Source: a virus (lineage: Duplodnaviria > Caudoviricetes). From it: a stretch of DNA of 58,353 bases. Each line of letters begins with the position of its first letter. Positions within the stretch are counted from its first letter, which is position 1. The translations under genes were made by a program, and so were the position numbers. The notes under the pieces were generated by a model. The model was not told where the DNA came from, searched no databases, and saw only the letters and a list, made by a program, of their open reading frames with translations. The stretch is taken from IMG/VR virus record IMGVR_UViG_3300020283_000004, positions 1 through 58,353 of that record; one strand, 5' to 3'. Below are positions 17,928 through 27,277 of this stretch, one piece after another.

Positions 17928-18319
17928 TGGGTAAAGCAGGTAAATACAACATTGTAATAGAAGAAGGTTCTACTTTTGGGTTGGATCTTCTCTATAAAGA
18001 CTCTTCTGGTGATAGACAAAATTTATCCTCGTATACAGGAAGAATGCAGATCAGAGATTCTCCTGGTGGGGATTTAATAGATAGTACAGATTCAAATATA
18101 AGAATAGGCCATAAAGTACAAAATGGAACATTTGTAACATCTGGTTTGGGTGATGCTACGACCACCCATCAATCTAATATTTCCATAGAAATATTTGCAG
18201 CACACACAGCAAACTATGATTTTGAAAAAGCTTTCTACGACATAGAAATACAATCAGGAAATCATGTAGAAAGAGTCATAGAAGGTAGTGTCACTCTCAG
18301 TAGAGAAATAACTCAATAA
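17927..18319 (+). CDS. Tail-associated beta-sandwich protein
   Basis: YNIVIEEGSTF, YTGRMQIR, YDIEI and RVIEG.V.LS.EIT motifs. Confidence 0.7.
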   Translation: MGKAGKYNIVIEEGSTFGLDLLYKDSSGDRQNLSSYTGRMQIRDSPGGDLIDSTDSNIRIGHKVQNGTFVTSGLGDATTTHQSNISIEIFAAHTANYDFEKAFYDIEIQSGNHVERVIEGSVTLSREITQ

Positions 18320-19968
18320 TGGGAAACACAGTAACAGTAAATACTACGACTAATGTTGTAGAAGTAAAATCACCTGGGACACCAGGACCAGCAGGATCAG
18401 GTTATATTCTCCCTATAGCAACCTCATCTGTTCTTGGGGGTGTTAAGGTAGGGAGTCGCTTGACGATTAACTCATCGACTGGGGTTTTGGATGCTAACGA
18501 CCAGTCCTATACCTTACCCACAGCAAGTTCCTCAGTTCTTGGGGGTGTCAAGATTGGGAGTGGACTTACTATGGATTCAAACACTGGGGTTCTGACAGCT
18601 AATCCTGGTGGTTATTCTCTACCTATTGCTTCTTCATCAGTTTTGGGTGGTTTTAAGGTTGGCCTCAGACTTTCAATAAATTCTACTACTGGGGTGTTGG
18701 ATGCTGCTGACCAAAGTTACACATTGCCCCCAGCAACAAGTTCAAGCTTAGGTGGTATAATAGTTGGGAGTAACTTGTCTGTGACAAATACTGGGGTGTT
18801 GAGTGCTAATGCCCAGTCATTAACACCTGCAACATCATCTGCTCTGGGTGGGATTAAAGTAGGCAGTAATCTCAGTATTACATCTGATGGGACACTCAGC
18901 GCAGCAAGCTCTTATAGCCTCCCAATAGCAACATCTAGTGTACTTGGTGGTATTAAAATTGGTCAAAGACTTACGATCAACTCTTCTACTGGGGTACTCG
19001 ATGCAGATGATCAAAGTTACACACTCCCGATAGCCACATCATCAGCACTTGGAGGAATCAAAGTTGGGGCAAGACTTACAATCAATTCCTCAACAGGAGT
19101 GCTTGATGCAAATGATCAAAGCTATACTCTTCCCACTGCAAGTAGCTCCGCATTAGGTGGGGTAAAGGTAGGGACAAATCTGACGATAGACGGGAACGGG
19201 GTATTGAGTGCAGGCCCAATAGCTCTTACTACAGTACAGACCGCTTCTAGCCAATCTGCGATGTTGGCCCTTACCACGCAGGAAGGTGATGTGGTTGTCA
19301 GATCCGATCAAAAGAAGACATACATGCACAATGGAGGTTCTGCGGGAAGCATGTCTGACTTTACTGAGCTACAAACACCTGACGATGCAGTAACAAGTGT
19401 TAATGGTCAAACGGGTGTTGTCAGTCTTACAATTCCATCAGGTAATATTGTTGATGATACTTCTCCACAACTTGGTGGGAACCTTGATGTAAATAACCAG
19501 GATATTGTAACTACCTCAAATGGTAATATTGATCTTGACCCAAACGGTAGTGGCAAGGTTGTATTTAAGGGAAATGCTACTAAAGGCTCAGGTCAGTTTG
19601 TTCTTAACTGCGAAAATAATTCGCACGGCATAATTGTTAAAGGACCACCCCATAGTGCAGGAGCTAGCTATACACTGACACTACCAAACAACACTGGCTC
19701 ATCAAATCAAGCATTATTAACAGACGGAAATGGAGTTCTGTCTTGGGGTTCAGTTAGCTCGCTTCCTTCTCAATCAGGTAATGCAAACAAGGTACTGACA
19801 ACTGATGGGACTAATGCTGCTTGGGACGAGTATGAAGGATCAGTTCTTAACCAAACAATATCAGCATCTAAAACAATTCCATCGGGTAATTCATTCGTAA
19901 TTGCAGGCCCAGTAACTGTAGCGTCAGGTCAAACACTAACCGTCAGTGGGACAATGAAGGTAATATGA
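18319..19968 (+). CDS. Tail/head fibre protein with 8 tandem ~31-35-aa repeats
   Basis: LPxAxSxxLGGxKVG..L.I...GVL repeats, VTSVNGQTG, DTSPQLGGNLD.N and YTLTLP motifs. Confidence 0.85.
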   Translation: MGNTVTVNTTTNVVEVKSPGTPGPAGSGYILPIATSSVLGGVKVGSRLTINSSTGVLDANDQSYTLPTASSSVLGGVKIGSGLTMDSNTGVLTANPGGYSLPIASSSVLGGFKVGLRLSINSTTGVLDAADQSYTLPPATSSSLGGIIVGSNLSVTNTGVLSANAQSLTPATSSALGGIKVGSNLSITSDGTLSAASSYSLPIATSSVLGGIKIGQRLTINSSTGVLDADDQSYTLPIATSSALGGIKVGARLTINSSTGVLDANDQSYTLPTASSSALGGVKVGTNLTIDGNGVLSAGPIALTTVQTASSQSAMLALTTQEGDVVVRSDQKKTYMHNGGSAGSMSDFTELQTPDDAVTSVNGQTGVVSLTIPSGNIVDDTSPQLGGNLDVNNQDIVTTSNGNIDLDPNGSGKVVFKGNATKGSGQFVLNCENNSHGIIVKGPPHSAGASYTLTLPNNTGSSNQALLTDGNGVLSWGSVSSLPSQSGNANKVLTTDGTNAAWDEYEGSVLNQTISASKTIPSGNSFVIAGPVTVASGQTLTVSGTMKVI

Positions 19969-20639
19969 GTTTAGTATTCACTCCCGAAGGTACACCCGCC
20001 TCACCACAAGAAGGCGAAGTTTATTACGACAGCACCGCAGACAAACTAAAGGTGCGGGATGCTTCTGCTTTTAGGGAGGTAGTTTCTAAGAATAGCAGTG
20101 GTGAGATTGATGGTACGTTTAATGGGGCAATGAACACTGGTTCAATAGGCTCAAATGTTACTGGTTTTACTGGAATTAAAATGTACGATAATTGGAGGCT
20201 TGCTGCCAATCTGAGCTCATTAGCAACTCCAATAACTTCAAATATTGAAAGAAATGATACGGCTAATGCTGGTTTTATTGGGTCAGCGATGACAGTAAGT
20301 AGTGGAATTTGGACTTTCCCCCAAACTGGTATTTATCTGATTGGTTTTCACGCTCAATTTTATCTAAACGCCTCTGCACAATACTTAGGATTTGAAATTA
20401 AAAGTGTGATAAGTGGTTCAACCCAGACCCTGGCAAATGGGTATGGTTATATAAACAGAACAAATTCAGCTAGCACTTATGGTAATGCGGATGTATTTGC
20501 TTCTTTTGACGTTACAGATACCTCTACTCATAAAATTAGATTTGATTATGATGAGGCGGGTAGTAATACGGCTGCTTTATGGGGTAGCACTACTTTTAAC
20601 GGAACGCACTTCACATTTATGAGATTAGGGGATACATGA
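19965..20639 (+). CDS. Putative receptor-binding/fibre-tip protein 1
   Basis: GEVYYDST...LKV; C-terminal SGIWTFPQTGIY...F.RLGDT. Confidence 0.65.
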   Translation: MSLVFTPEGTPASPQEGEVYYDSTADKLKVRDASAFREVVSKNSSGEIDGTFNGAMNTGSIGSNVTGFTGIKMYDNWRLAANLSSLATPITSNIERNDTANAGFIGSAMTVSSGIWTFPQTGIYLIGFHAQFYLNASAQYLGFEIKSVISGSTQTLANGYGYINRTNSASTYGNADVFASFDVTDTSTHKIRFDYDEAGSNTAALWGSTTFNGTHFTFMRLGDT

Positions 20640-20995
20640 TAAGAGATTATCTACAAGAAGCCTTAATGTTATTATTACCTGAAACACCTAATTGGTATAG
20701 TTGGGCTAAAACTGATTCTGATGGAAATAAAATTCCTAATGATCAACGGATGCAGACAAAGTATGTCATTGTTGAAGAATCGCATATTGGGAAAGTAACA
20801 AGGCCAACGGATAAACAAATAAACGATAAGGTCGCAGAACTTAAAGCAGACGATGTAGCTAAAAAATACCAACAAGATCGCATTTACCCACCGATTGGAG
20901 ATCAGCTTGATGCACTATACCACGCAGGCGTTTTCCCTAAAGAAATGGCAGACAAACTAAAGGCCGTGAAAGACGCACATCCCAAACCAGAGTAA
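20636..20995 (+). CDS. Fibre assembly chaperone-like protein
   Basis: C-terminal YPPIGDQLDALYH...VKDAHPKP. Confidence 0.65.
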   Translation: MIRDYLQEALMLLLPETPNWYSWAKTDSDGNKIPNDQRMQTKYVIVEESHIGKVTRPTDKQINDKVAELKADDVAKKYQQDRIYPPIGDQLDALYHAGVFPKEMADKLKAVKDAHPKPE

Positions 20996-20998
20996 ACC

Positions 20999-21436
20999 AT
21001 GCCTTCAGTATTTAAATACAACGGAAACGAAATTATTGATAGTAGTGGAAAGTTAGGTGCTTCCACAATGGATGCAAACCAAGCGTGTGTAAAAACAGCA
21101 TTAAACGCAACTGGGTCTGCCCCAATTTATGCTTGCAGGGCATGGGTGAGATTTCCTTCAAGTTCTACAATAACCGCTTCAGGTAACGTCAGCAGTATAA
21201 CTGACCATGGGGTTGGAGACTTCACAATTAATTTCACAACTGCAATGCAAGACGCAAATTATGCCGTAACAATGATGAGCGGAGATGATGGTTCAAGTGA
21301 AACATTATATGGGGCTATGTTTGGTGCTAGTTCATCAAGACTAGCAGGTTCATTCAGATTTAGAATCATAAGAACCCATCATCAAGCAAGCGCCACAGAT
21401 GACGCAACTTACATTGGTCTAGCAATATTTCGATAA
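20999..21436 (+). CDS. Putative receptor-binding/fibre-tip protein 2
   Basis: CRAWV.F...NVSSITD.G.G.FTINFTTAM.DANY motif. Confidence 0.7.
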   Translation: MPSVFKYNGNEIIDSSGKLGASTMDANQACVKTALNATGSAPIYACRAWVRFPSSSTITASGNVSSITDHGVGDFTINFTTAMQDANYAVTMMSGDDGSSETLYGAMFGASSSRLAGSFRFRIIRTHHQASATDDATYIGLAIFR

Positions 21437-21444
21437 AGGAAAAA

Positions 21445-21654
21445 ATGGAACAACGAATTATTTTTCCAGAAGAAACAGGAATCGCAGTAATAATCCCAAG
21501 TGGAGATTTATCGGTTGAAGCAACTGCATTAAAAGATGTTCCTAGTGGGGTTAAATATAAAATTATAAATGCTTCAGATTTACCACAAGAACGTGATTTT
21601 AGAAATGCTTGGGAATATGATTTTAATGAAAGTTTTGATGGAGTAGGTGCATGA
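21445..21654 (+). CDS. Fibre chaperone-like protein
   Basis: KDVP.G..YKII...DLP..RDFRNAW motif. Confidence 0.65.
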   Translation: MEQRIIFPEETGIAVIIPSGDLSVEATALKDVPSGVKYKIINASDLPQERDFRNAWEYDFNESFDGVGA

Positions 21655-21881
21655 GCATTACGATCAATTTAGATAAGGCCAAAAATATTACTAAGGAACG
21701 TCTTAGGATTGAACGAAAACCTTTGTTAGAAGCACAAGATATTTTGTTTATGCAAGCACAGGAAGCAGGGTTAGACACAACGTCAATCGTAGCAGAAAAG
21801 CAAAGGCTTAGAGACATAACTAATGCAGTCAATTCCTGCACTACTACTGATGAACTAAAAGCATTGTCATGTGAGGCATAA
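21651..21881 (+). CDS. Fibre chaperone-like protein
   Basis: LR.ER.PLL...D..FM.A.E...KQRLRDIT motif. Confidence 0.65.
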   Translation: MSITINLDKAKNITKERLRIERKPLLEAQDILFMQAQEAGLDTTSIVAEKQRLRDITNAVNSCTTTDELKALSCEA

Positions 21882-23038
21882 TGGCATCCGAACTTAAAGT
21901 AGACACGATTAAACATACGAACAATACCAGTGCGATCACCCTGGATGCGTCTGGGAATATTACATTAAATGGCGAATTTTCAGGTTACTCCCATTCGTTA
22001 AGCCACAGAAATATGGTGATTAATGGGGCGATGCAAGTGGCACAAAGAGGCAACGTAACTGGAAAAACTTCAGCAACTTATGGTGGGCCAGATAGATTTA
22101 AAACGGAAATTAACGCTTTAGGTACTTGGAGTATAAGTCAAAATACAACGAACACACCAACGGACAAAGGTTTCAAAAATTCACTTAAATTAGAAATAAC
22201 AGCTAATGCTGAGTCTAGTATAGGAGGAGCTAGTGATTATGTTAATCTACAACAGCGTTTTGAAGGTCAAGATTTACAACATATTAGAAAAGGTACTTCA
22301 GAAGCAAAACAAGTAACTTTATCCTTTTGGGTAAAGTCAAATGTAACTGGAAACTATAATATTGAATTAACAGATGTTGATAATTCAAGACACGTTACAG
22401 CTCTTTCGACAATAGATTCTGCTGATACTTGGGAATATAAAACACATACATTTCCTGCTGATACAACAGGGGCATTTGATAATGACAATGGTCAAAGTTT
22501 AAGAGTTTTGTGGTGGCTTGCCACTGGAACTACATTTACAAGTGGGTCAAGACAAACAACATGGGGCAGTACATCTAATGGTGATAGGGGCGTAGGCAAT
22601 GCAAACTTAGCTAGTGCAAATAATAATTATTATGAAATCACAGGAGTTCAACTAGAACTTGGCAGTAAAGCAACTCCGTTTGAGCATAGAAGTTTTGCAG
22701 ATGATTTAAGAAAGTGTGAGCGTTATTATCAAAATAGTTTCAATGACGGAAATATTCCTGGCACTTCAACATCTTTAACAGATTCAGTAATTACAACTGG
22801 TTGGAACGATGGTAATGCTCCTTTTGCAAATCCTTTTCGCACAGTTATGAGGTCTGCACCATCTGCAACAATTAGACCAAGAAATTCTACAACAACTGGA
22901 CAAATAAACAATGGAGGTACTTTTAGAACTGCCGTTGCATCAGATATAGGCAATAAAGGTGTTTCCTATATAGCTGTAACTTCAGGGACTGCAAATGTTT
23001 ATAATGCTTACTCATACGAACTTAATGCAGAATTATGA
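21881..23038 (+). CDS. Putative receptor-binding protein 3 (carbohydrate-binding-like)
   Basis: RN.VING.MQVAQRG, TLSFWVKS, TGVQLE.G..ATPFEHR and C.RYY motifs. Confidence 0.75.
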   Translation: MASELKVDTIKHTNNTSAITLDASGNITLNGEFSGYSHSLSHRNMVINGAMQVAQRGNVTGKTSATYGGPDRFKTEINALGTWSISQNTTNTPTDKGFKNSLKLEITANAESSIGGASDYVNLQQRFEGQDLQHIRKGTSEAKQVTLSFWVKSNVTGNYNIELTDVDNSRHVTALSTIDSADTWEYKTHTFPADTTGAFDNDNGQSLRVLWWLATGTTFTSGSRQTTWGSTSNGDRGVGNANLASANNNYYEITGVQLELGSKATPFEHRSFADDLRKCERYYQNSFNDGNIPGTSTSLTDSVITTGWNDGNAPFANPFRTVMRSAPSATIRPRNSTTTGQINNGGTFRTAVASDIGNKGVSYIAVTSGTANVYNAYSYELNAEL

Positions 23039-23226
23039 GAACATTTAAAAACGCAAAATATATAAAAGATGTATATTCTCCTGAAAGCAAGCTAGTAGGA
23101 GTAAACGTAACAATTGATGAAGTTGTTTGTACGATCCCACTAGACCCCGCAAACACAGACTACGCAGAAATCATGCAACAAGTAGAAGCAGGGGAATTAA
23201 CAATACAAGAAGCGGATAGTGAGTAA
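23035..23226 (+). CDS. Fibre chaperone-like small protein
   Basis: IPLDPANTDYAEI motif. Confidence 0.65.
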   Translation: MRTFKNAKYIKDVYSPESKLVGVNVTIDEVVCTIPLDPANTDYAEIMQQVEAGELTIQEADSE

Positions 23227-23447
23227 TGGCAACAATATCCTTTAAAGACGGAATGGTGCATAACACGCACCAAATCACCGATACAGTCGGAGTATCTGCT
23301 AATGAGCGAGCCATGCTTGTTGGCCCAATCGAATTAACTTCGACAGGCACAATTAACCTGACGGGTAGTCTAACTGTACTGCATGAACTAAACATCAACG
23401 GCGGCACAGTTAATGTTCAAACTGGCGGAACCCTGGACGTAAGATGA
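23226..23447 (+). CDS. Small tail-associated protein
   Basis: Resembles the C-terminal (A/V)GP(V/I) beta segment of the 18319 fibre. Confidence 0.55.
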   Translation: MATISFKDGMVHNTHQITDTVGVSANERAMLVGPIELTSTGTINLTGSLTVLHELNINGGTVNVQTGGTLDVR

Positions 23448-23983
23448 GCACATTAACATTAGGTGGTAGTACATTAGCGAACAAGACAGGTAGTGTTCTG
23501 TCTTTGGACAGTGGGGTTACTTTCCCTTCGGGAAACATACAGCAAATTCAATCAGTAACTTGCACTTCCCAACAAGACTTTACAAGTGATACGCCAACAG
23601 CAGTAACTGGTTTTAATAAAGCAATAACAGTAGGTAAAACAGGAAGCAAAATTTTAGTTACATTGAATTTAGTTGGTTGGGGTACGAGTAATACAAACAG
23701 TGGAAATAGGTGCTACACAAAAATAACAGAATCAGTAACATCTTTAGATTATTGGATTTCTGACATTGATGGTTGGACTAATACATCAGTAAATCAGTTC
23801 CATACGCTTACTTTTTATTATTTACATACTCATGGTCAAAATGCTGGTACAGCATTAACCTATACACCAAAATTTGCAAATGGATCTGGTGGATCTAATG
23901 GAACAAAATTTAACTATTACTATGCAGGTGCTCATGGTGGAAATAATAGAGAATCCTATATGTTACTAACTGAGTTGGCATAA
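23444..23983 (+). CDS. Putative receptor-binding/fibre-tip protein 4
   Basis: FPSG.I.Q, SKILV and terminal L.E.A motifs. Confidence 0.65.
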   Translation: MSTLTLGGSTLANKTGSVLSLDSGVTFPSGNIQQIQSVTCTSQQDFTSDTPTAVTGFNKAITVGKTGSKILVTLNLVGWGTSNTNSGNRCYTKITESVTSLDYWISDIDGWTNTSVNQFHTLTFYYLHTHGQNAGTALTYTPKFANGSGGSNGTKFNYYYAGAHGGNNRESYMLLTELA

Positions 23984-24294
23984 TGAATGATAATGATTTT
24001 AAAGTAGAAGCAATTGCTAGATTAGCACCTAATGTTGGGTTTGCTTATAATGAAAAAGATGGAATTTTCCAATGGGAATCTGATACTGCAAAACCTAATA
24101 AAGATCAAATTGAACAAAAAGCATTAGAAGTAAAAAAAGAGTACGATGCACAGGAGTACGCCAGAAATCGATCATCTGAATACCCAACGTGGCAAGAACA
24201 AATGGACATGCAGTATTGGGATGCAATCAACGGAACTAACACATGGCAGGAAGCAATCGAAGCCGTGAAAACTAAATACCCAAAAGGTGAATAA
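23983..24294 (+). CDS. Fibre assembly chaperone-like protein
   Basis: YPTWQEQMDMQYWD...W...I.AVK.KYPK motif. Confidence 0.65.
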   Translation: MNDNDFKVEAIARLAPNVGFAYNEKDGIFQWESDTAKPNKDQIEQKALEVKKEYDAQEYARNRSSEYPTWQEQMDMQYWDAINGTNTWQEAIEAVKTKYPKGE

Positions 24295-24923
24295 TGCCGG
24301 GGATTCTTAAATTAGAAGGTACTAACATCGCAACAGGCGATGGTAATGGGGCAGTTACGCTTGGTAGTGCGGTTACAGTGCCTGCATCTATTGGTGGTAC
24401 GATGATTTTTTTAGAAAAATTTACTGCATCAAACACCGCAGAAAAGATATTTAATCTAGATTCTTTTACTAGCTACAATACTTATGTTTTTTCTTTAAAC
24501 GGACTTATATCTGTTGCTGATGATGTAACTTTTTTAATGCAAGTTGGAACATCGAGTAGTAGTTTTTTTAGTTCAGGTGGTGATTATAGATTTGCAAGTT
24601 CGCACCCATATTTCGATGGATCTACAGCAGGTGGACCTTATGTAGATACAGCTCAGGCATCTTTGGCTATAGCCCCAAATTTGGGGAACAATGCTGGATA
24701 TGGTATTAACGGAACTATCAAACTATTTAATCCCACAAGCTCATCGCTTAAAACAAGTGTGAGAGGTGAAATAGCATCATTTAATAAAGATGAATTCGTA
24801 CAACCTAGAGCCTTTGCAGGCTATAGATTAGCAACAACGGATGATGCTTATGTAAAAATTAAATTTGATGGTACCTCTATTGCCTCAGGAACTATTACAT
24901 TATATGGAATAAAAGATGCCTAG
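24294..24923 (+). CDS. Putative receptor-binding/fibre-tip protein 5
   Basis: G.IKLFNP and terminal SGTITLYGIK. Confidence 0.65.
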   Translation: MPGILKLEGTNIATGDGNGAVTLGSAVTVPASIGGTMIFLEKFTASNTAEKIFNLDSFTSYNTYVFSLNGLISVADDVTFLMQVGTSSSSFFSSGGDYRFASSHPYFDGSTAGGPYVDTAQASLAIAPNLGNNAGYGINGTIKLFNPTSSSLKTSVRGEIASFNKDEFVQPRAFAGYRLATTDDAYVKIKFDGTSIASGTITLYGIKDA

Positions 24924-25155
24924 ATTTCGACACATAACAGGATTAGGTAATGTCCAGTTTACCCCTGAAGAAGAAGCAGAAGCAGATGCCCAAGCACTCG
25001 CTGTCGCAGAATATAGAAGACTTAATGAATACAAGGACAAAAGGCAATTGGCCTACCCAAGTTATGCAGATCAACTCGACACGATCTACCATCAAGGATT
25101 AGACGCTTGGAAGGCAGAGATTAAAACAATCAAAGACAAGTATCCAAAGCCATGA
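24916..25155 (+). CDS. Fibre assembly chaperone-like protein
   Basis: YPSYADQLDTIYH.G.DAWK..IK.IKDKYPKP motif. Confidence 0.65.
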   Translation: MPRFRHITGLGNVQFTPEEEAEADAQALAVAEYRRLNEYKDKRQLAYPSYADQLDTIYHQGLDAWKAEIKTIKDKYPKP

Positions 25156-25334
25156 CTTTAGAAGAATGCGATAGAGAAATACAAATAACACAGAAACAAG
25201 CCACAGACTTGTCTGTGAAACTACAACAGTTAGTTGGGTACAAGCAGGCATTGATGGATATGTCTGATAAAAAGGGAGGTTCTTCAGAAGATGGGGAGAG
25301 GGTATTAAAAGCAATGGGTGGAAACCCAAAATGA
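25152..25334 (+). CDS. Small coiled-coil protein
   Basis: ATGA overlap; 60 aa. Confidence 0.6.
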   Translation: MTLEECDREIQITQKQATDLSVKLQQLVGYKQALMDMSDKKGGSSEDGERVLKAMGGNPK

Positions 25335-25391
25335 AACTGGCTTATAGATACCTATCTCAAAAAAACAACACTGCTGTCTCTCTTTATATTT

Positions 25392-25835
25392 TTGGGTTGG
25401 GAGATTAACAGTGCAGTCACACTTCTTAAGTCAGATGACTTGAAGTGTATGGCTTTAAACATTTACCATGAGGCTAGGAATGAGAGCACTGCTGGGAAAG
25501 TTGCAGTTGCACAAGTTGTTCTCAACAGAGTTAAATCCTCTCGATTCCCTTCCAACGTTTGCTCTGTCATCTATCAAGGGAAGCACAAGGGAGGACATCC
25601 TGATTTACATAGGTGTCAGTTTAGTTGGTATTGCGATGGTAGGGGTGACAGCCCTCGTGATTTACTTGCTTACAATAATGCTAACGAGATAGCTCAGTGG
25701 ATTTTGATAGCAGGAAAATGGATACCAGATATAACAGATGGGGCTCTATATTATCATGCAGATTATGTAAGCCCTAAATGGAGTAAGTACAAAAAGAAAA
25801 CAGCAAAAATAGATACACACGTTTTTTACCAATAA
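25392..25835 (+). CDS. SleB-like cell wall hydrolase (Hydrolase_2); 5' end appears frameshifted
   Basis: CMALNIYHEARNE, AVAQVVLNRV, FPSNVC.V, CQFSWYCDG, GALYYHADYV.P.W. The likely ATG at 25331 is out of frame. Confidence 0.88.
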   Translation: MGWEINSAVTLLKSDDLKCMALNIYHEARNESTAGKVAVAQVVLNRVKSSRFPSNVCSVIYQGKHKGGHPDLHRCQFSWYCDGRGDSPRDLLAYNNANEIAQWILIAGKWIPDITDGALYYHADYVSPKWSKYKKKTAKIDTHVFYQ

Positions 25836-25850
25836 CAAGTTACAGAGATT

Positions 25851-26210
25851 ATGGATCATCACTTTCCTTCTCATACACCAACACAACCACAAAGTATTAT
25901 GGAAGTAGAATCTTTACTAATGTTGGTTGAGAGAATAGGCTTGCCAGCAGTTATTATTGGGATTATGTGTTGGTATATATTTAAAACTCAGCAAAGCCAT
26001 AAAGAAGAAATAATTCGATGGGAAGAAAAAGATACTAGGGGGGACGAGAGGCTCATTGATGTAATCAAAGAGCAGAATAAACAAAACAGCATTACTTCGG
26101 ATGCAGTCAACGGATTGAGTATAGCATTCAAAGATGTTGCTAAAACCAACGAACGTCTCTCTATGGAGATTAAAGGGATGGCAGAAGCGTTGATATCCTC
26201 TAAACGATAA
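25851..26210 (+). CDS. Holin-like membrane protein
   Basis: One TM segment (IGLPAVIIGIMCWYI) plus coiled coil; lysis-gene context. Confidence 0.55.
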   Translation: MDHHFPSHTPTQPQSIMEVESLLMLVERIGLPAVIIGIMCWYIFKTQQSHKEEIIRWEEKDTRGDERLIDVIKEQNKQNSITSDAVNGLSIAFKDVAKTNERLSMEIKGMAEALISSKR

Positions 26211-26554
26211 TGGCTAAAGAAACAACTACCACAGTTAAAGAAACTCCAGATCCACCAAAACCGTCAAAACCAGCTATGACGGTTAATGAAAGGATACAAG
26301 TGAGCAGGTTCATAGCTAGATTTTTCATCGCTATGAGTGCTCTAGCGATATTCGCATACATCGTACATGTTATGCTTGGTAGTGCTACCGAGCTTCCTGT
26401 ATCGAGCAAAGATCTCCTGAACATTTTGATAGGGGCTTTCATCCCGATCATTGCTGGGATAGCAAAATTTTATTTTGAAAGTGGGGGCGATTTACATCAG
26501 GAGGAGGAGAAGAATCCAATCCCACCACCTAAGAAGGCAGACGAAGATGCTTAA
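26210..26554 (+). CDS. Two-TM membrane protein (holin-like)
   Basis: Two hydrophobic helices and LLNILIGA...FYF. Confidence 0.55.
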   Translation: MAKETTTTVKETPDPPKPSKPAMTVNERIQVSRFIARFFIAMSALAIFAYIVHVMLGSATELPVSSKDLLNILIGAFIPIIAGIAKFYFESGGDLHQEEEKNPIPPPKKADEDA

Positions 26555-26798
26555 TTGGTTGAAACAATTGTTTAGTAAACCCTTAGATAAGGTCGATGAT
26601 ATGATACCACCTGTACTTATGACAATGGCTGCGAACTTTGTGATGGATTTAGTCAAAGACAAAGCTCAGTCACTAGCTTCGGAGCATATTGAGAAAGCTC
26701 TTGATAATGCCCCAAAGGAGCTCAAAGAAGCCCTGGATAAAGCAGTCAATGATGACGATGCACACGAACACAAATCATTAATGGATTTGATTAAGTGA
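26547..26798 (+). CDS. Hypothetical protein
   Basis: Start taken at ATG 26547, overlapping the upstream stop. Confidence 0.55.
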   Translation: MLNWLKQLFSKPLDKVDDMIPPVLMTMAANFVMDLVKDKAQSLASEHIEKALDNAPKELKEALDKAVNDDDAHEHKSLMDLIK

Positions 26799-27277
26799 AG
26801 CTTACCAGGAACTTTTCACTAAAAGAACTCACTGCCTCTTCCTCAGCGAAGAGGCTTGGGATCAAGAACGAACCTAGTCATGAGCACATCGCTGCTTTGA
26901 CTGCGTTATGTGTTTGTATTCTCCAGCCTGTGAGGGAGGCGCATGGTATCGTAACCATCAATTCTGGGCTCAGAGTCCCTGAACTGAATGCTGTCATAAC
27001 GGGCAACCCAAAGTCTCGTAGCCAACACCAATATGGCGAAGCTGCGGATTTTGAGTGTATTGGGGGAATCAGTAACTATGATCTAGCAGTTTGGATTAGA
27101 GACAATCTGGAGTTTGATCAACTGATATTAGAATACTTCAACCCAAAAGAAGGACCGAACTCTGGTTGGGTTCATTGTTCTTACAGACGTTTGGGTGAAA
27201 ATAGAAAAGATGTTAAAACAGCACTGGAGGGGCCTGGGGGTAAAGTGAAGTACGAATCAGGTCTACCAGATGGCTAA
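26795..27277 (+). CDS. Endolysin, peptidase M15A family
   Basis: NFSLKELT.S, INSG.R...N, SQH..GEAAD, FDQLILE and WVH motifs. Confidence 0.9.
   Translation: MKLTRNFSLKELTASSSAKRLGIKNEPSHEHIAALTALCVCILQPVREAHGIVTINSGLRVPELNAVITGNPKSRSQHQYGEAADFECIGGISNYDLAVWIRDNLEFDQLILEYFNPKEGPNSGWVHCSYRRLGENRKDVKTALEGPGGKVKYESGLPDG

Noticed and set aside
18400-19215. Tandem ~100-bp repeats as an array or mobile element
   Set aside because: They are in-frame protein repeats of a fibre, with synonymous divergence.
19965-25155. Diversity-generating retroelement or shufflon acting on the tip genes
   Set aside because: I saw no reverse transcriptase, invertase, TR/VR pair or inverted cassettes.
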